Assembly: GCA_029855935.1 (NCBI GenBank)
Contig: JAGSHN010000017.1
Span: 8,812-72,811, forward strand
Reading direction: 5' to 3'
From: Candidatus Thorarchaeota archaeon
GTDB lineage: Archaea > Asgardarchaeota > Thorarchaeia > Thorarchaeales > Thorarchaeaceae
Length of the DNA stretch: 64,000 nt
Both the position numbers and the translations under genes were made by a program. Positions 1 to 9,652 of the stretch are shown piece by piece (positions within the stretch are counted from its first letter, which is position 1; each line of letters opens with the position of its first letter). Under the pieces are notes generated by a model. The model did not search any database and had not been told where the DNA came from. It saw only the letters and a list, made by a program, of their open reading frames with translations.

Positions 1-381
1 TTCAATGTGATTGGAACTCAGTGCAGCAGCAAAGACCACTATGTTGGACAAGAGAGCCATCACAACGGAGAGGCCGTCTGCACCGAGATAGACCTGCACG
101 GGAGTTGTGTGACTGTCTATCTGCATCGTGCCTAGAACAAAGTTCCACAGTAGGCGCATGCCAGCATTCGGCTCGCTCGGGTCAAACGTGGGAGAGAAGG
201 TCGCCATCAGAGCAAGAGCTAGGACCAGTTCGATGAGGGTCACGAGTAGGGCGACCGCCCGAGAGCCTCGCTCTCCAGCGAGGAACGCGACAACCGCTCC
301 GAAAAGGGGGAACAGTGTGAGGAACGCAAGGGGATTACCGGGGATCATTGACATCAGCATTGAGGCGAGTTCTTCGAACAT
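1..381 (-). CDS. NuoM/NuoN-family (MrpD-like) antiporter subunit, N-terminal fragment running off the window edge
   Basis: Hand translation of the minus strand from the ATG at 381-379, one base after the nuoL stop at 383-385: MFEELASMLMSMIPGNPLAFLTLFPLFGAVVAFLAG...VQVYLGADGLSVVMALLSNIVVFAAALSSNHIE. It stays open to position 1 (127 codons). It is hydrophobic and carries an LGxDGLS motif typical of NuoM/MrpD N-termini. It is not in the supplied ORF track, presumably because it has no in-window stop. Confidence 0.7.
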   Translation of the reverse strand, partial: MFEELASMLMSMIPGNPLAFLTLFPLFGAVVAFLAGERGSRAVALLVTLIELVLALALMATFSPTFDPSEPNAGMRLLWNFVLGTMQIDSHTTPVQVYLGADGLSVVMALLSNIVVFAAALSSNHIE

Positions 382-382
382 C

Positions 383-2611
383 TCAGATCACCCCCAGGGA
401 GACGAACAGCATAATCAGGAACAGCACGAGGCCGAATATGACGACGGCCACGTAGTCGTTGATGCGGCCTGTCTGAATCTCCTGACTCTCATCAGATACT
501 CGGTAGCCGGCAGTGCCAATACCCTCAGCGAGCCCGTCAACCACGTGGTCATCGAACCACCGGAGCCTTGTGGAGGCGCCCTTGGCCGCATCTGCCGACT
601 TGAAGTCGATGCCGTCGATGATGTGGTCATCAATACGCGCTCTGTACCAGTTGACGAAACGCAGGAACTGATAGAGAATCCAGTAGTACAGCTCGTTGAT
701 GTACCACCTGTGGCGGAGGAACGTGTGGACCCTGCGCAACAGACCTCTCTCACCGACAACGTTGTTCGGCCGGTCAGCATTCTTGATGTAGAGTACGTAG
801 CTGGGAACAGCACCAAGGAAGAGCGCGCCGACGGTGAGCGCAAACGGGAACAGCCCCGTGGTGAACTTCGCGACAATCATCTCGGTGAGGACCTCGGTCC
901 ACATCTCCATCGTCAGCGGACCCTCCTCTGCCAGTATCGCCTGCACGAACGGGTAGACCAGAAAGGCGACCACAGTGAAGGCCGCAAGGAGATACAGCGG
1001 GACCATCATGGCAGGACCGGGGTCGTGGGGTACTGCGTGATGATGTCCGGCCTCCTCATCTAGCGGACCGGTCTCCTCCTCACTGTGCTCTGTAGAGTGC
1101 GCAGCCTCAAACTTCGGCGGACCATAGAATGTCAGGCCCATCAGTCGGATACTGTAGAAGATGGTGCAGGCGGCGGCGAGGACCGCAAAGGCGAACAAGA
1201 TCCACCCGAGAGTCTCGTGTAGGGCCAGCTCGTACGAGTACTCAATGATCGAGTCCTTCGACCAGAAGCCTGAGAACGGAGGAATACCGGAGAGGGCGAG
1301 GACACCGACCCACATCACCTTGAATGTCTTGGGCATGTACTCTTTCAGACCGCCCATCTTGGTGACGTATTTTGAGTGGATGGCGTGAATGACTCCTCCC
1401 GAGGCGAGGAACAGCAGCGCCTTGAACGCACCGTGGCTGATGACGTGGAGTATTCCGGCCGCGAAGGCTGGCTCATAGTGTGAGAGGAGACCGCCAGTGC
1501 CTATCGCCAGCATCATGTAGCCGAGCTGACTCAATGTTGAGAACGCGAGGATCTGCTTCAGCTCGTTGGAGACCATTCCCATCGTGGCTGTCATCAGAGC
1601 AGTGATTGCACCAATGATTGCAACGATCGTAAAGAATGACGACGCAGCCTCAATGCCTACGAGCTGAAGTGGTGAGAGGAGAGCCTCACTGTGGGAGACC
1701 TCCGAGGCCGAGGCGATCGTGACGAGAAACCGTGCAGTGATGTAGACACCTGCCTTGACCATAGTCGCCGCGTGGATGAGCGCGGAAACCGATGTCGGGC
1801 CAGCCATCGCCTCGGGGAGCCAGACCTGCAGCGGAAACTGACCGGACTTTCCGATGGCCCCTGCAAAGATCAGCAGGAATGTGGGCAGGACAAGTCCCGT
1901 GGCGGCCAGCACCTGCCACCAGTTCTGATAGTTCTCGGCCATCAATGAGAACGAGAAGGTGCCGGTGAAGGCGTAGAGGACCAGAATGCCACCGAGCATA
2001 AAGGCGTCACCGATGCGCGTGACAATGAAGGCCTTCGTACCGCACTGCGTGTTGTATTCGCCCTCGGTCTCATATTGGAGCAGTGGATTGGAGTATTCAA
2101 TGCCGTCAGGCTCCCTCTCCGGTGGATTTCTCTTGTCATTCCAGAAGCCGATCAGTCCGTAGGAACAGAAGCCCATTATCTCCCAGCCGATAAAGGCGAT
2201 GAGGAGGTTGTTGCTGATGACGAGTGTGAGCATCCCACCGCCAAAGACGAGCATCAGGAAGAAGAACCTGTCACGGTCCTCCTCACCAGCCATGTACTCT
2301 GTGGAGTAGACGTAGATGAGGAAGCACAGCGTGCTCGCGAGGACCGTCATGATGACGGACAGTGGGTCTAGGAGAACCTCGAAGTTCAGCCCGAGCGACG
2401 GAATCCACGGCCAGCTGGTGGGACCCTTAGGAGAACCTATGTCGTAGAGCAGCGACCACGCGAGGATCATTGTGACGCCCATGAACAGCGCTGGTGTCCA
2501 GTCTCGAAGACGGTCGCTGAAACGTCCAAATACGGGGACGAGCAGCGCACCCACGAAGGGCAGCACGAGGAGGAGATAATATGGTAGTCCGAACAGCATC
2601 TCTTGGCTCAC
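383..2611 (-). CDS. nuoL: NADH:quinone oxidoreductase (complex I-like) subunit L, MrpA-like antiporter subunit
   Basis: 742-aa polytopic protein with the WLPEAMAGPTSVSALIHAATMVKAG motif of the NuoL/MrpA family. A long C-terminal extension is consistent with a lateral helix. It is translationally coupled to its neighbours within the nuo operon. Confidence 0.9.
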   Translation of the reverse strand: MSQEMLFGLPYYLLLVLPFVGALLVPVFGRFSDRLRDWTPALFMGVTMILAWSLLYDIGSPKGPTSWPWIPSLGLNFEVLLDPLSVIMTVLASTLCFLIYVYSTEYMAGEEDRDRFFFLMLVFGGGMLTLVISNNLLIAFIGWEIMGFCSYGLIGFWNDKRNPPEREPDGIEYSNPLLQYETEGEYNTQCGTKAFIVTRIGDAFMLGGILVLYAFTGTFSFSLMAENYQNWWQVLAATGLVLPTFLLIFAGAIGKSGQFPLQVWLPEAMAGPTSVSALIHAATMVKAGVYITARFLVTIASASEVSHSEALLSPLQLVGIEAASSFFTIVAIIGAITALMTATMGMVSNELKQILAFSTLSQLGYMMLAIGTGGLLSHYEPAFAAGILHVISHGAFKALLFLASGGVIHAIHSKYVTKMGGLKEYMPKTFKVMWVGVLALSGIPPFSGFWSKDSIIEYSYELALHETLGWILFAFAVLAAACTIFYSIRLMGLTFYGPPKFEAAHSTEHSEEETGPLDEEAGHHHAVPHDPGPAMMVPLYLLAAFTVVAFLVYPFVQAILAEEGPLTMEMWTEVLTEMIVAKFTTGLFPFALTVGALFLGAVPSYVLYIKNADRPNNVVGERGLLRRVHTFLRHRWYINELYYWILYQFLRFVNWYRARIDDHIIDGIDFKSADAAKGASTRLRWFDDHVVDGLAEGIGTAGYRVSDESQEIQTGRINDYVAVVIFGLVLFLIMLFVSLGVI

Positions 2612-2612
2612 C

Positions 2613-4124
2613 TCACGGAACTATGTTCAACAGGCCCTGCGTGGCCCCGGCGATGACGTGTACGGCGACATCTGGAAAGACACCGAAGAACACAATCAGC
2701 GCACCGAGCAACACCATTGGAATTGTCATCGACCTCGGCGCGTCCCTCACCGACTCAAGGTTGGTCGGCAGCGGGCCAAGGAACACCTTCATCACGAAAC
2801 GCAGCATATAGCCAGCACTGACGATTGTGCTGGATACGGCAAGAATAGACAGCACGAAGAACGGCATACTGCCAATTCCTGCAGGCCCGAGAAGAGCAGC
2901 CTGAAAGCCGCCATTGAACATCATCCACTCACTGGCAAATCCTGAGAGCGGTGGCACTCCAGCGATGCTGAACGCCCCAACAGCCGCTGTGAATGCAGTT
3001 ACCGGCATCCTGTTGGAGAGACCTCCCATCTCTTCGATGTTTCGAGTCCCGGTCTCGTGAATCACCGCGCCGGCGGTCATGAAGAGCAGCCCCTTTGAGA
3101 AGGCGTGATTGATGAGATGGAACAGACCGCCCTGCAGGCCGTACGAGGCCATTACACCGAGAGCGAACAGGACGTATCCCATCTGCGAGACAGACGAATA
3201 CGCCAGCAGCCTCTTGATGTCCTTCTGTGCAAGCGCCATCAGACCGCCATAGAACATCGTGAGAACACCCAGCACGCTCACCCAGAACGACAGGGCCTGC
3301 GCTGCGGCACCGAGCATGATCACTCCGAACCTGACGAGGGCGTATGCACCAGTCTCAATCATCGCACCTGACAGGAGTACGGACACTGGTGTCGGGGCCT
3401 CGGCGTGGACTGGCGGGAGCCACCAATGGATTGGAAACACCGCCATCTTGACGAGAAAGCCAGCTGCCAGGAGTATGAATATCAGCTTCATAGTGCTCAG
3501 AGCCATTTCTGATGTGAGGATCACACCGATGTCGGTCATTACAAAGGAGCCGGTGATGGCGTACAGTAGAGCGAATCCCGCAAGGATGGCCAGCGCACCT
3601 GACTGAGTGTAGAGCCAGAACTTCATCGCCGTGCGCTTGCGGGTCTCTGGAATGCCCCAGAACAGAATCAGGAAGTACGACGGGACGAGCATCAGCTCCC
3701 AAGCCATGAAGAACTCCACAAGGTTGGTCGCCAGTGTGACCCACTGCATACCCATTATGAAGAACAGAAGGTTGGAGAAGAATGTCCCTCTGTTCTCTGT
3801 GTGGCTCGTGTAGCCGATGGCATAGATCACGGAGAGAAAACCCAGGATAACAACTGCAAACGTGATTGGGAACGCAACGCCGTCGAGTAGAAGACCAAAG
3901 CTGCCCAGCACTGAGGACCACTCGACGACCTCCATTATGGGCTCATTGAAGACGACTATGTGGTAGAATGACGGCAACATCAAGAGCATTGACAGGCCGG
4001 AGAAGACGGCGGCTGCAGTGCCAGCACGTTGCTCCAATGCTCCACGAAAGATGTAGATGAACAGTGCGCCGAGGAACATCACTATCAGTGATAGTGACAT
4101 CAATGAGAATCCACTCAACAGCAT
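2613..4124 (-). CDS. NuoM/NuoN-family (MrpD-like) antiporter subunit
   Basis: 503-aa polytopic protein with the motif HWWLPPVHAEAPTPVSVLLSGAMIETG, which resembles NuoM more than NuoN. Its start abuts the nuoI stop and its stop abuts the nuoL start. Confidence 0.85.
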   Translation of the reverse strand: MLLSGFSLMSLSLIVMFLGALFIYIFRGALEQRAGTAAAVFSGLSMLLMLPSFYHIVVFNEPIMEVVEWSSVLGSFGLLLDGVAFPITFAVVILGFLSVIYAIGYTSHTENRGTFFSNLLFFIMGMQWVTLATNLVEFFMAWELMLVPSYFLILFWGIPETRKRTAMKFWLYTQSGALAILAGFALLYAITGSFVMTDIGVILTSEMALSTMKLIFILLAAGFLVKMAVFPIHWWLPPVHAEAPTPVSVLLSGAMIETGAYALVRFGVIMLGAAAQALSFWVSVLGVLTMFYGGLMALAQKDIKRLLAYSSVSQMGYVLFALGVMASYGLQGGLFHLINHAFSKGLLFMTAGAVIHETGTRNIEEMGGLSNRMPVTAFTAAVGAFSIAGVPPLSGFASEWMMFNGGFQAALLGPAGIGSMPFFVLSILAVSSTIVSAGYMLRFVMKVFLGPLPTNLESVRDAPRSMTIPMVLLGALIVFFGVFPDVAVHVIAGATQGLLNIVP

Positions 4125-4556
4125 TCAACGAAACCTCCTGCCTCGCCATTCAAGCGGCTCGCGTTCCAGTGTCTCGATTCTCTCTGGGTCGTAGTGCAAG
4201 GCCTCACGTGACGGCTCGCTCAGGTCGACCACTGGAGTGTGGAACAGGGCATTGAACCGGCACGCCTCCACGCACAGGCCACAGAAGATGCACCTCGTGT
4301 AGTCGAAGTAAAGGGCGGCGTCCTTCTCGTACTTGCGGTCGCTCTTGTCGATGCGGATGGCCACGACCGGGCACGCGCGGACGCACTGACCGCACGCCGT
4401 ACAGTTCTCTCGAATGTGTATGTGGCGGCCACGTGTGCGCTCCGGGTACTCGCGGTCCTCAAAGGGATAGAAGTACGTGAAGGGTCGTGAGAACGTCTGA
4501 CGCACGATGTGTTTCAGCACGCGAAAGATATCGCCCAGAACTCTAATCATTCCCAT
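4125..4556 (-). CDS. nuoI: Complex I subunit I (2x[4Fe-4S] ferredoxin-type)
   Basis: Two cluster motifs, CTACGQCVRACP and CIFCGLCVEACR. I placed the start at the ATG at 4556 (MGMIRVLGD...), just downstream of the nuoH stop, rather than at the track start 4601. The start remains uncertain; 4550 and 4601 are alternatives. Confidence 0.85.
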   Translation of the reverse strand: MGMIRVLGDIFRVLKHIVRQTFSRPFTYFYPFEDREYPERTRGRHIHIRENCTACGQCVRACPVVAIRIDKSDRKYEKDAALYFDYTRCIFCGLCVEACRFNALFHTPVVDLSEPSREALHYDPERIETLEREPLEWRGRRFR

Positions 4557-4560
4557 CTCT

Positions 4561-5742
4561 CTATCCTCCTCCTGCGAGAATGCCAGCGAGCCCCGGCACA
4601 TACGCCAGCACGAGCAGCGCGACTATGATGTTCAGCATTGACAGCGGGAGGAGATACCTCCAGCTGTACTTTACTATCTGGTCCTGTCGAATCCTGTAGA
4701 AGGACGACGTAACGATGATCATCCCGAAGAGGACAACAAGGAACTTGAGGAAGAAGTTCAGGAACGGCGGAAAGCCGGGAACGCCGTACTCGCCGCCGAA
4801 GAAGAGCGCCACGATAAGCGCGGAGTAGAGGACCTGCTTGGCGAACTCGGCAAAGTAGGTGAGCGTGAAGTAGACTCCCGAGAGCTCGGTCCTCCAGCCG
4901 AATATGACCTCCGAGTCCGCCACAGGGGCGTCAAAGGGCACCAACCCTATGCTGATGACTGCGGAGACGAGGAAGGTGACAAAGCAGACGGGCAGCAGAA
5001 CGACGTACCAGAGGTGCGTCTGGGCCTGCGATATCTGCAGCACGCTGAGCGAGCCTGCAAGAAGAGCGGGACCAACTGAGGACACTATGAGCGGTATCTC
5101 GGCCGCGAACTGGTTACTTGCCGCCCGAAATCCACCGACTAGGGTGTACTTCGAGCCGCTTATCCAGCCCGTCAGCAAAGAGATGACAGGCACGGCCGTC
5201 AGGAACGCGAACACGAGCACGAGGCTGACGGAGAGGTCGGTTATCACCCACTCGCTGGTCCACGGTACAAAGGCGAAGGGCGTGAGCACGACTAGCAGTA
5301 GGAAGGACGGGAGAAGCCGATACATCCACCGCTTCGCTCCACGCGGGATGATTATCTCCTTCGAAATGAGCTTGATTGCGTCGGCGAAGATCTGAAGGCC
5401 TCCGTACTTTCCGATGTGGAAAGGACCACGACGAGCCTGTACACGGCCCCACACCTTTCGTGTGAACCACACGTCAAAGATTATGAGCATCAGGACGAAG
5501 ACGAGACCGGGGAAGACTATTGCCTTGAACAGCAGCAGCCAGTTGTCTAGCGCGAGATTCCACGCCCAGACAAAGACACCCCAAGCCCAGTTGAACACGC
5601 CTACTGCCAGCGTGTATACCCAGACAATGATACCATGGATCCAGTCCGGGATTCCACGCAGCCAGCCAATGATGTCAATGTTGTCGAACAGTTGCAACAG
5701 CAAGGCGTTCAATGTCATCCCTCCGTTCACCGGTCCCACCAT
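4561..5742 (-). CDS. nuoH: Complex I subunit H (membrane, quinone-site subunit) with N-terminal extension
   Basis: Carries the NuoH signature RKVWGRVQARRGPFHIGKYGGLQIFADAIKLISKE followed by multiple TM helices. About 94 aa precede the signature, against roughly 35 in E. coli NuoH as I recall it. Confidence 0.9.
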   Translation of the reverse strand: MVGPVNGGMTLNALLLQLFDNIDIIGWLRGIPDWIHGIIVWVYTLAVGVFNWAWGVFVWAWNLALDNWLLLFKAIVFPGLVFVLMLIIFDVWFTRKVWGRVQARRGPFHIGKYGGLQIFADAIKLISKEIIIPRGAKRWMYRLLPSFLLLVVLTPFAFVPWTSEWVITDLSVSLVLVFAFLTAVPVISLLTGWISGSKYTLVGGFRAASNQFAAEIPLIVSSVGPALLAGSLSVLQISQAQTHLWYVVLLPVCFVTFLVSAVISIGLVPFDAPVADSEVIFGWRTELSGVYFTLTYFAEFAKQVLYSALIVALFFGGEYGVPGFPPFLNFFLKFLVVLFGMIIVTSSFYRIRQDQIVKYSWRYLLPLSMLNIIVALLVLAYVPGLAGILAGGG

Positions 5743-6863
5743 CCTGGGTACGGGTCCAGACTGCCGAACACGACAATGAAGTCAGCAAACGTCGACCCGG
5801 GGACCAGATGCTTCAGGCTGTAGTAGGAGGCGAAGCACGGCCCGCGAATCTTCGCTCGGTACGGTGTCTGCGCCTTCTCTGTCGTCTTGAGCCAGACGGT
5901 CGTCACTCCCCGTGTCCCCTCGACCCGGCCATAGGCCTCTCCGGCCGGGAGACGGTTCGTCTTGGCCCGCGCCTTGGGGTCGACGATAGGCCCCTCAGGT
6001 ATCTGCGGCAGCAGCTGCCGGATTATGTTGATGGATGTCTCGACCTCAAGGAATCTCTGGACCATCCTGTCGTACGCATCGCTCTGACCGGGATGGTCCG
6101 GATTATCAACAACGGGCACCTCCCAGTCGACAAGGTCATACGCCAAGTTGAGGTCAGGCCAGTCCTTGCGAAGATCCATAGGCACGCCACAGGCCTTGAT
6201 GTTCGGTCCACTGAGGCCCCACCTGAGAGCATCCTCGTAGCTGAATAGTGCAATGCCCTTGGTCCGCATTCTGAAGGTCGGGCTGCGGAGAAGCATGTCT
6301 TTGAACTTTGGCAGATGCTGTTCCAGTCGCTGTAGCGCCCTGTCAAGCTTCTTGAGGACCTTCTCATTGAAGTCGTACCTGACGCCACCGGGAGTGCTGA
6401 AGGAGACTGCGTGCCGTGAGCCGGTCAGCTCCTCGAACGTGTCCAGGAAGAACTCTCGGTCCACCCATGGCCATAGTGTCATAGCAAACAGACCGAGCTC
6501 TGCCGAGAACTGACCCCACCAGAACTGTAGCGAGTGTATCCTGCTGGCCTCCATCATTATCGTTCTGAGGACCTTCGCACGTTCGGGCACCTCCACGCCC
6601 GCGATCTGCTCCACTGCGCTGATGTACGGGTACTCGGCAAGAAACGCCTCAAGCATACACATCCTCTCAAGTACGAGAGGACCCTGTTTGAACGTACGAA
6701 ACTCAAGGACCTTCTCTGCGGAACGATGGAAATAGCCAGCGTGAGGGTCACACTCCACAATGAAGTCGCCCACCACCGTGAGCTTGGCGGCCCAACCGTG
6801 GGCCGACACATGCTGGGGCCCGAACCACATCTCAACAGCTTCGTCGCGTATGTCGGGGCTCAT
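5727..6863 (-). CDS. nuoD: Complex I subunit D (49 kDa, NiFe-hydrogenase large-subunit-like), divergent
   Basis: N-terminal FGPQHVSAHG motif, internal SGPNIKACGVPMDLRK, and C-terminal GSLDPYPGWWDR. ATGA-type overlap with nuoC. Confidence 0.85.
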   Translation of the reverse strand: MSPDIRDEAVEMWFGPQHVSAHGWAAKLTVVGDFIVECDPHAGYFHRSAEKVLEFRTFKQGPLVLERMCMLEAFLAEYPYISAVEQIAGVEVPERAKVLRTIMMEASRIHSLQFWWGQFSAELGLFAMTLWPWVDREFFLDTFEELTGSRHAVSFSTPGGVRYDFNEKVLKKLDRALQRLEQHLPKFKDMLLRSPTFRMRTKGIALFSYEDALRWGLSGPNIKACGVPMDLRKDWPDLNLAYDLVDWEVPVVDNPDHPGQSDAYDRMVQRFLEVETSINIIRQLLPQIPEGPIVDPKARAKTNRLPAGEAYGRVEGTRGVTTVWLKTTEKAQTPYRAKIRGPCFASYYSLKHLVPGSTFADFIVVFGSLDPYPGWWDR

Positions 6864-7384
6864 TCCTTGTTCGCCTCCTGTCTGCGTGGTCTTGGCTGCG
6901 GTAGTCCAGACTCGGCCAGCCTCCTCCGGTCTGGCTGGAAGCTCTTCCTGAGCGGATACTTCCCGACCAGCTCATCAGGCAGAAGCAGTGGTCTCAGGTC
7001 GGGATGGCCTCTGAAGCCGATCCCGAACATCTCGTGAGTCTCCCGTTCGTGCCACTCAAGGCCTGGGAATATGTCACAGACCGAGTCAATCTCCGGCTCC
7101 TCACCCTCCAGCTCGACCCTGAGCTGCACAAGTACTCTGATATCGTGTGACCAGAAGTAGTAGATAAGCTGATAGCGATCATCCTGTAGGTCGACGCCGA
7201 ACATAGACTCAGGTAGAGCGTGAGGGAGCAGCTCATCGACGGACTTGACGACATCACGAATCATCCCTGCAGGTACTGTGAGTTCTGCGGTCTGGCCCTC
7301 GATCTTGTGGGCCTCAACACCGGGATGACGACGCATCAGCTCGGCCGCTACCTCAGACGGTGTAGTCGGTGGCGCCAACCTCAC
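6860..7384 (-). CDS. nuoC: Complex I subunit C (30 kDa)
   Basis: Motif FPGLEWHERETHEMFGIGFRGHPDLRPLLLPDE. 4-nt overlaps with both nuoK and nuoD. Confidence 0.9.
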   Translation of the reverse strand: MRLAPPTTPSEVAAELMRRHPGVEAHKIEGQTAELTVPAGMIRDVVKSVDELLPHALPESMFGVDLQDDRYQLIYYFWSHDIRVLVQLRVELEGEEPEIDSVCDIFPGLEWHERETHEMFGIGFRGHPDLRPLLLPDELVGKYPLRKSFQPDRRRLAESGLPQPRPRRQEANKE

Positions 7385-7698
7385 GACACCTCCTCCGTTC
7401 TAGTGACCGGGATCCCCAGGTCCACGGTCCTGTATCTGCGATGGTAGAGAAGCATCAGGACCATTGCAAGGGCGGTCTCGGCTGCGGCCACTGCGATGAC
7501 TAGGATGACAAGCGCCTGGGCCGTGAATGTGAAGAATGGTCCGTACAACGCCAGCGCAATGAGGGCGATGTTGACCCCATTGGCCATGATCTCGGCACTG
7601 ATCAGTATCCTGATGAGATTGCGCTTGGAGACCATCCCGTAGGCACCCATACCAATCAGTATGAGGGCCAGCACCATGTACCAGCTCAGCGGAACCAT
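7381..7698 (-). CDS. nuoK: Complex I subunit K
   Basis: 105 aa with three predicted TM helices, MVPLSWYMVLALILIGMGAYGMVSKRNLIRILISAEIMANG..., typical of NuoK. Sits within the operon. Confidence 0.85.
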   Translation of the reverse strand: MVPLSWYMVLALILIGMGAYGMVSKRNLIRILISAEIMANGVNIALIALALYGPFFTFTAQALVILVIAVAAAETALAMVLMLLYHRRYRTVDLGIPVTRTEEVS

Positions 7699-8352
7699 CT
7701 ACTCAACCTCCTTCTCCTCCTTAACGTCACGTGCCTCAAGGACTGGCATCCCAGATGTGGCGCTCTCGGGCTCACTCTCCTCAGGGATCGGGAGGGAGAA
7801 GTCTTCCGTTCTCGGACGAAGCTGTTCCTCCTTCTCCATCCTTATGATCGCGACAGAACCGACTAGCCCAACGAAGAGAAGCATAGCAATTATCTCGAGA
7901 TAGACAGCGTGCGTTCCCCAGAGCCACTCAGCAAGTCCCTCGAGACTCTGCGACAACGGGATGTGTTCAGGCGGGATGCTCTCCTGCCATGGAAACAGCA
8001 GCGCGATGAGCGCTGATATGACTACAACCGAGATGGAGAGCACCAAGCCCACCTTCCGCATTCGGGGTGAATGTAGCACTTCCAGTGTCGAGTCCTGTGC
8101 CCTTGGGATGAGTAGTACACCAAAGATGATCAGTGCTGTTATGCCACCAGTGTAGATGGCTATCTGGAGCCCTGCGACGAACGGGGCTTCTAGCAGGATG
8201 AATATCCCTGCAACCCCCGTGGCCATAAAGCCGAAGAAGAACGCAGCATAGACGATGTCCCTATGCTCGAGCGCCAAGTAGGCAAGGACTATCACCACAC
8301 CCGCGATGAGCAGGAACTCGATATTCTCGAAGAGTATCTCAGCCTCTTGCAT
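7699..8352 (-). CDS. nuoJ: Complex I subunit J with acidic C-terminal tail
   Basis: Start chosen at the ATG at 8352 (MQEAEILFENIEFLLIAGVV...), 8 nt after the nuoA stop; the track start 8406 would overlap nuoA. NuoJ-like TM pattern, IAIYTGGITALIIFGVLL. The last 45 aa or so are charged and acidic. Confidence 0.8.
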   Translation of the reverse strand: MQEAEILFENIEFLLIAGVVIVLAYLALEHRDIVYAAFFFGFMATGVAGIFILLEAPFVAGLQIAIYTGGITALIIFGVLLIPRAQDSTLEVLHSPRMRKVGLVLSISVVVISALIALLFPWQESIPPEHIPLSQSLEGLAEWLWGTHAVYLEIIAMLLFVGLVGSVAIIRMEKEEQLRPRTEDFSLPIPEESEPESATSGMPVLEARDVKEEKEVE

Positions 8353-8359
8353 CGTGAAC

Positions 8360-8794
8360 TCATCCCTCCGAATGCAACCCCGTGGCCTGCTCCTTGGCAG
8401 CCTCATAGAGGGCTACCACCTCGGGACCCGTCATCTGCGCCTTTGGTAGAATCTTCAGAACAAACATCACAGCAGCCATTATGACCGCAGCAAAGACTAC
8501 GACCTGCCACACAACGAACACCGAGGTCCTCAGTGCTGAGACCGCATACAGCCACATGAAAGCGCCCATCACGTCCACTACGAGAAACAGTACCGTGTAG
8601 ATGATGTAGCTGTACGGAAAGCTGATCCGAGCCGGACCGAGAGGCTCCTCGCCACATTCGTAGGTGGATGTCTTCTCCGAGTTCTGGAGGACATGCGGAC
8701 GCAGGACCCACGATGCAAGCAGCATCACGATTACGAGTGCTGTGACAAGGCCCATCCATAAGAGTAGAGGCACAAAGTCGATGAACAGTCGCAC
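8360..8794 (-). CDS. nuoA: Complex I subunit A
   Basis: 144 aa with three TM helices and the STYECGEEPLGPARISF motif characteristic of NuoA. First gene of the operon. Confidence 0.85.
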   Translation of the reverse strand: MRLFIDFVPLLLWMGLVTALVIVMLLASWVLRPHVLQNSEKTSTYECGEEPLGPARISFPYSYIIYTVLFLVVDVMGAFMWLYAVSALRTSVFVVWQVVVFAAVIMAAVMFVLKILPKAQMTGPEVVALYEAAKEQATGLHSEG

Positions 8795-9652
8795 TACAGT
8801 CCAGCTCCGTTGCAGGTCACAGGCGGTCAGTCAATTGCGGCCAACCCGGTACCCGACTCGTTGGGCGCCCAGGCTGCCGTGTAAGAAGGTCATCCAAGCC
8901 TGGTTCTTGGTCTCCGTCGTGGCTCTATGGGTGATAAAAACGCTTCGCCATGTGACTATGACCTTTTGTCGACCCACGCACTGGCCCCACTGACCTTGCG
9001 GAAGAAGAAAACAGGAAGGAGTGCTACCACGGCAATAGGTGCGAGGGCTGGCCGCGAATTTGATCCGTGTACTGGTTCTTGCCAACAACGATTCTGATTG
9101 CAAAGATCACTATGGCCGCCCGATCTTGTCGCAGTTGAAGTGTGCCCGCCTAGGTCTACTACCACATTGATGTCGTGACCTCACATCCCCACCGGAATTC
9201 CGACAATAGTACTGGTGATTCAGAATCACGATGCGCCTGATGACTCCTCGACGCACTGTGTCAATCCGCTACCGAGTCTTGTGTTTTTCCACATCTAGAT
9301 TCAGAAGTGCTCCAATCGAGCCGTCTATGGTTGCTGGTACTATGATGGAGTGAAGGGACTGCCATGCCTATGAAAGGCCAGACTTTCTCTTTTCGACAGG
9401 CAATTGACAGTGCAGAATGACACATGCTGGACCGGCATCAAGAAGCGTCCCCATCACGGCAATGAGAAACCAAGTCCTTGCACCCAACCACACAATGACC
9501 TTATGCAACAACAGGGTAGGGATTTGCAAGGTGATTCGATATCGGTCTAGGGACCCCGAGCCGTTCTGAGGCGCCTGACAAGAGGACGCGAACAAGATAT
9601 TCCCTCGCAGAGAACCACGCTTAAATGCTCTTGAGATGATAGTATCACGAGA

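Noticed and set aside
128-1063. 311-aa plus-strand ORF
   Set aside because: It lies entirely antisense to nuoL, which has clear family motifs. Its sequence is R/S/E-rich with no motif, the typical shadow ORF of a GC-rich gene.
9217-9241. Small hairpin gtgat-tcaga-atcac followed by a TGATGA (C-box-like) sequence, as a possible C/D-box sRNA
   Set aside because: No matching D box (CTGA) lies at a suitable distance, and there is no terminal stem. The elements are too short to rise above chance.
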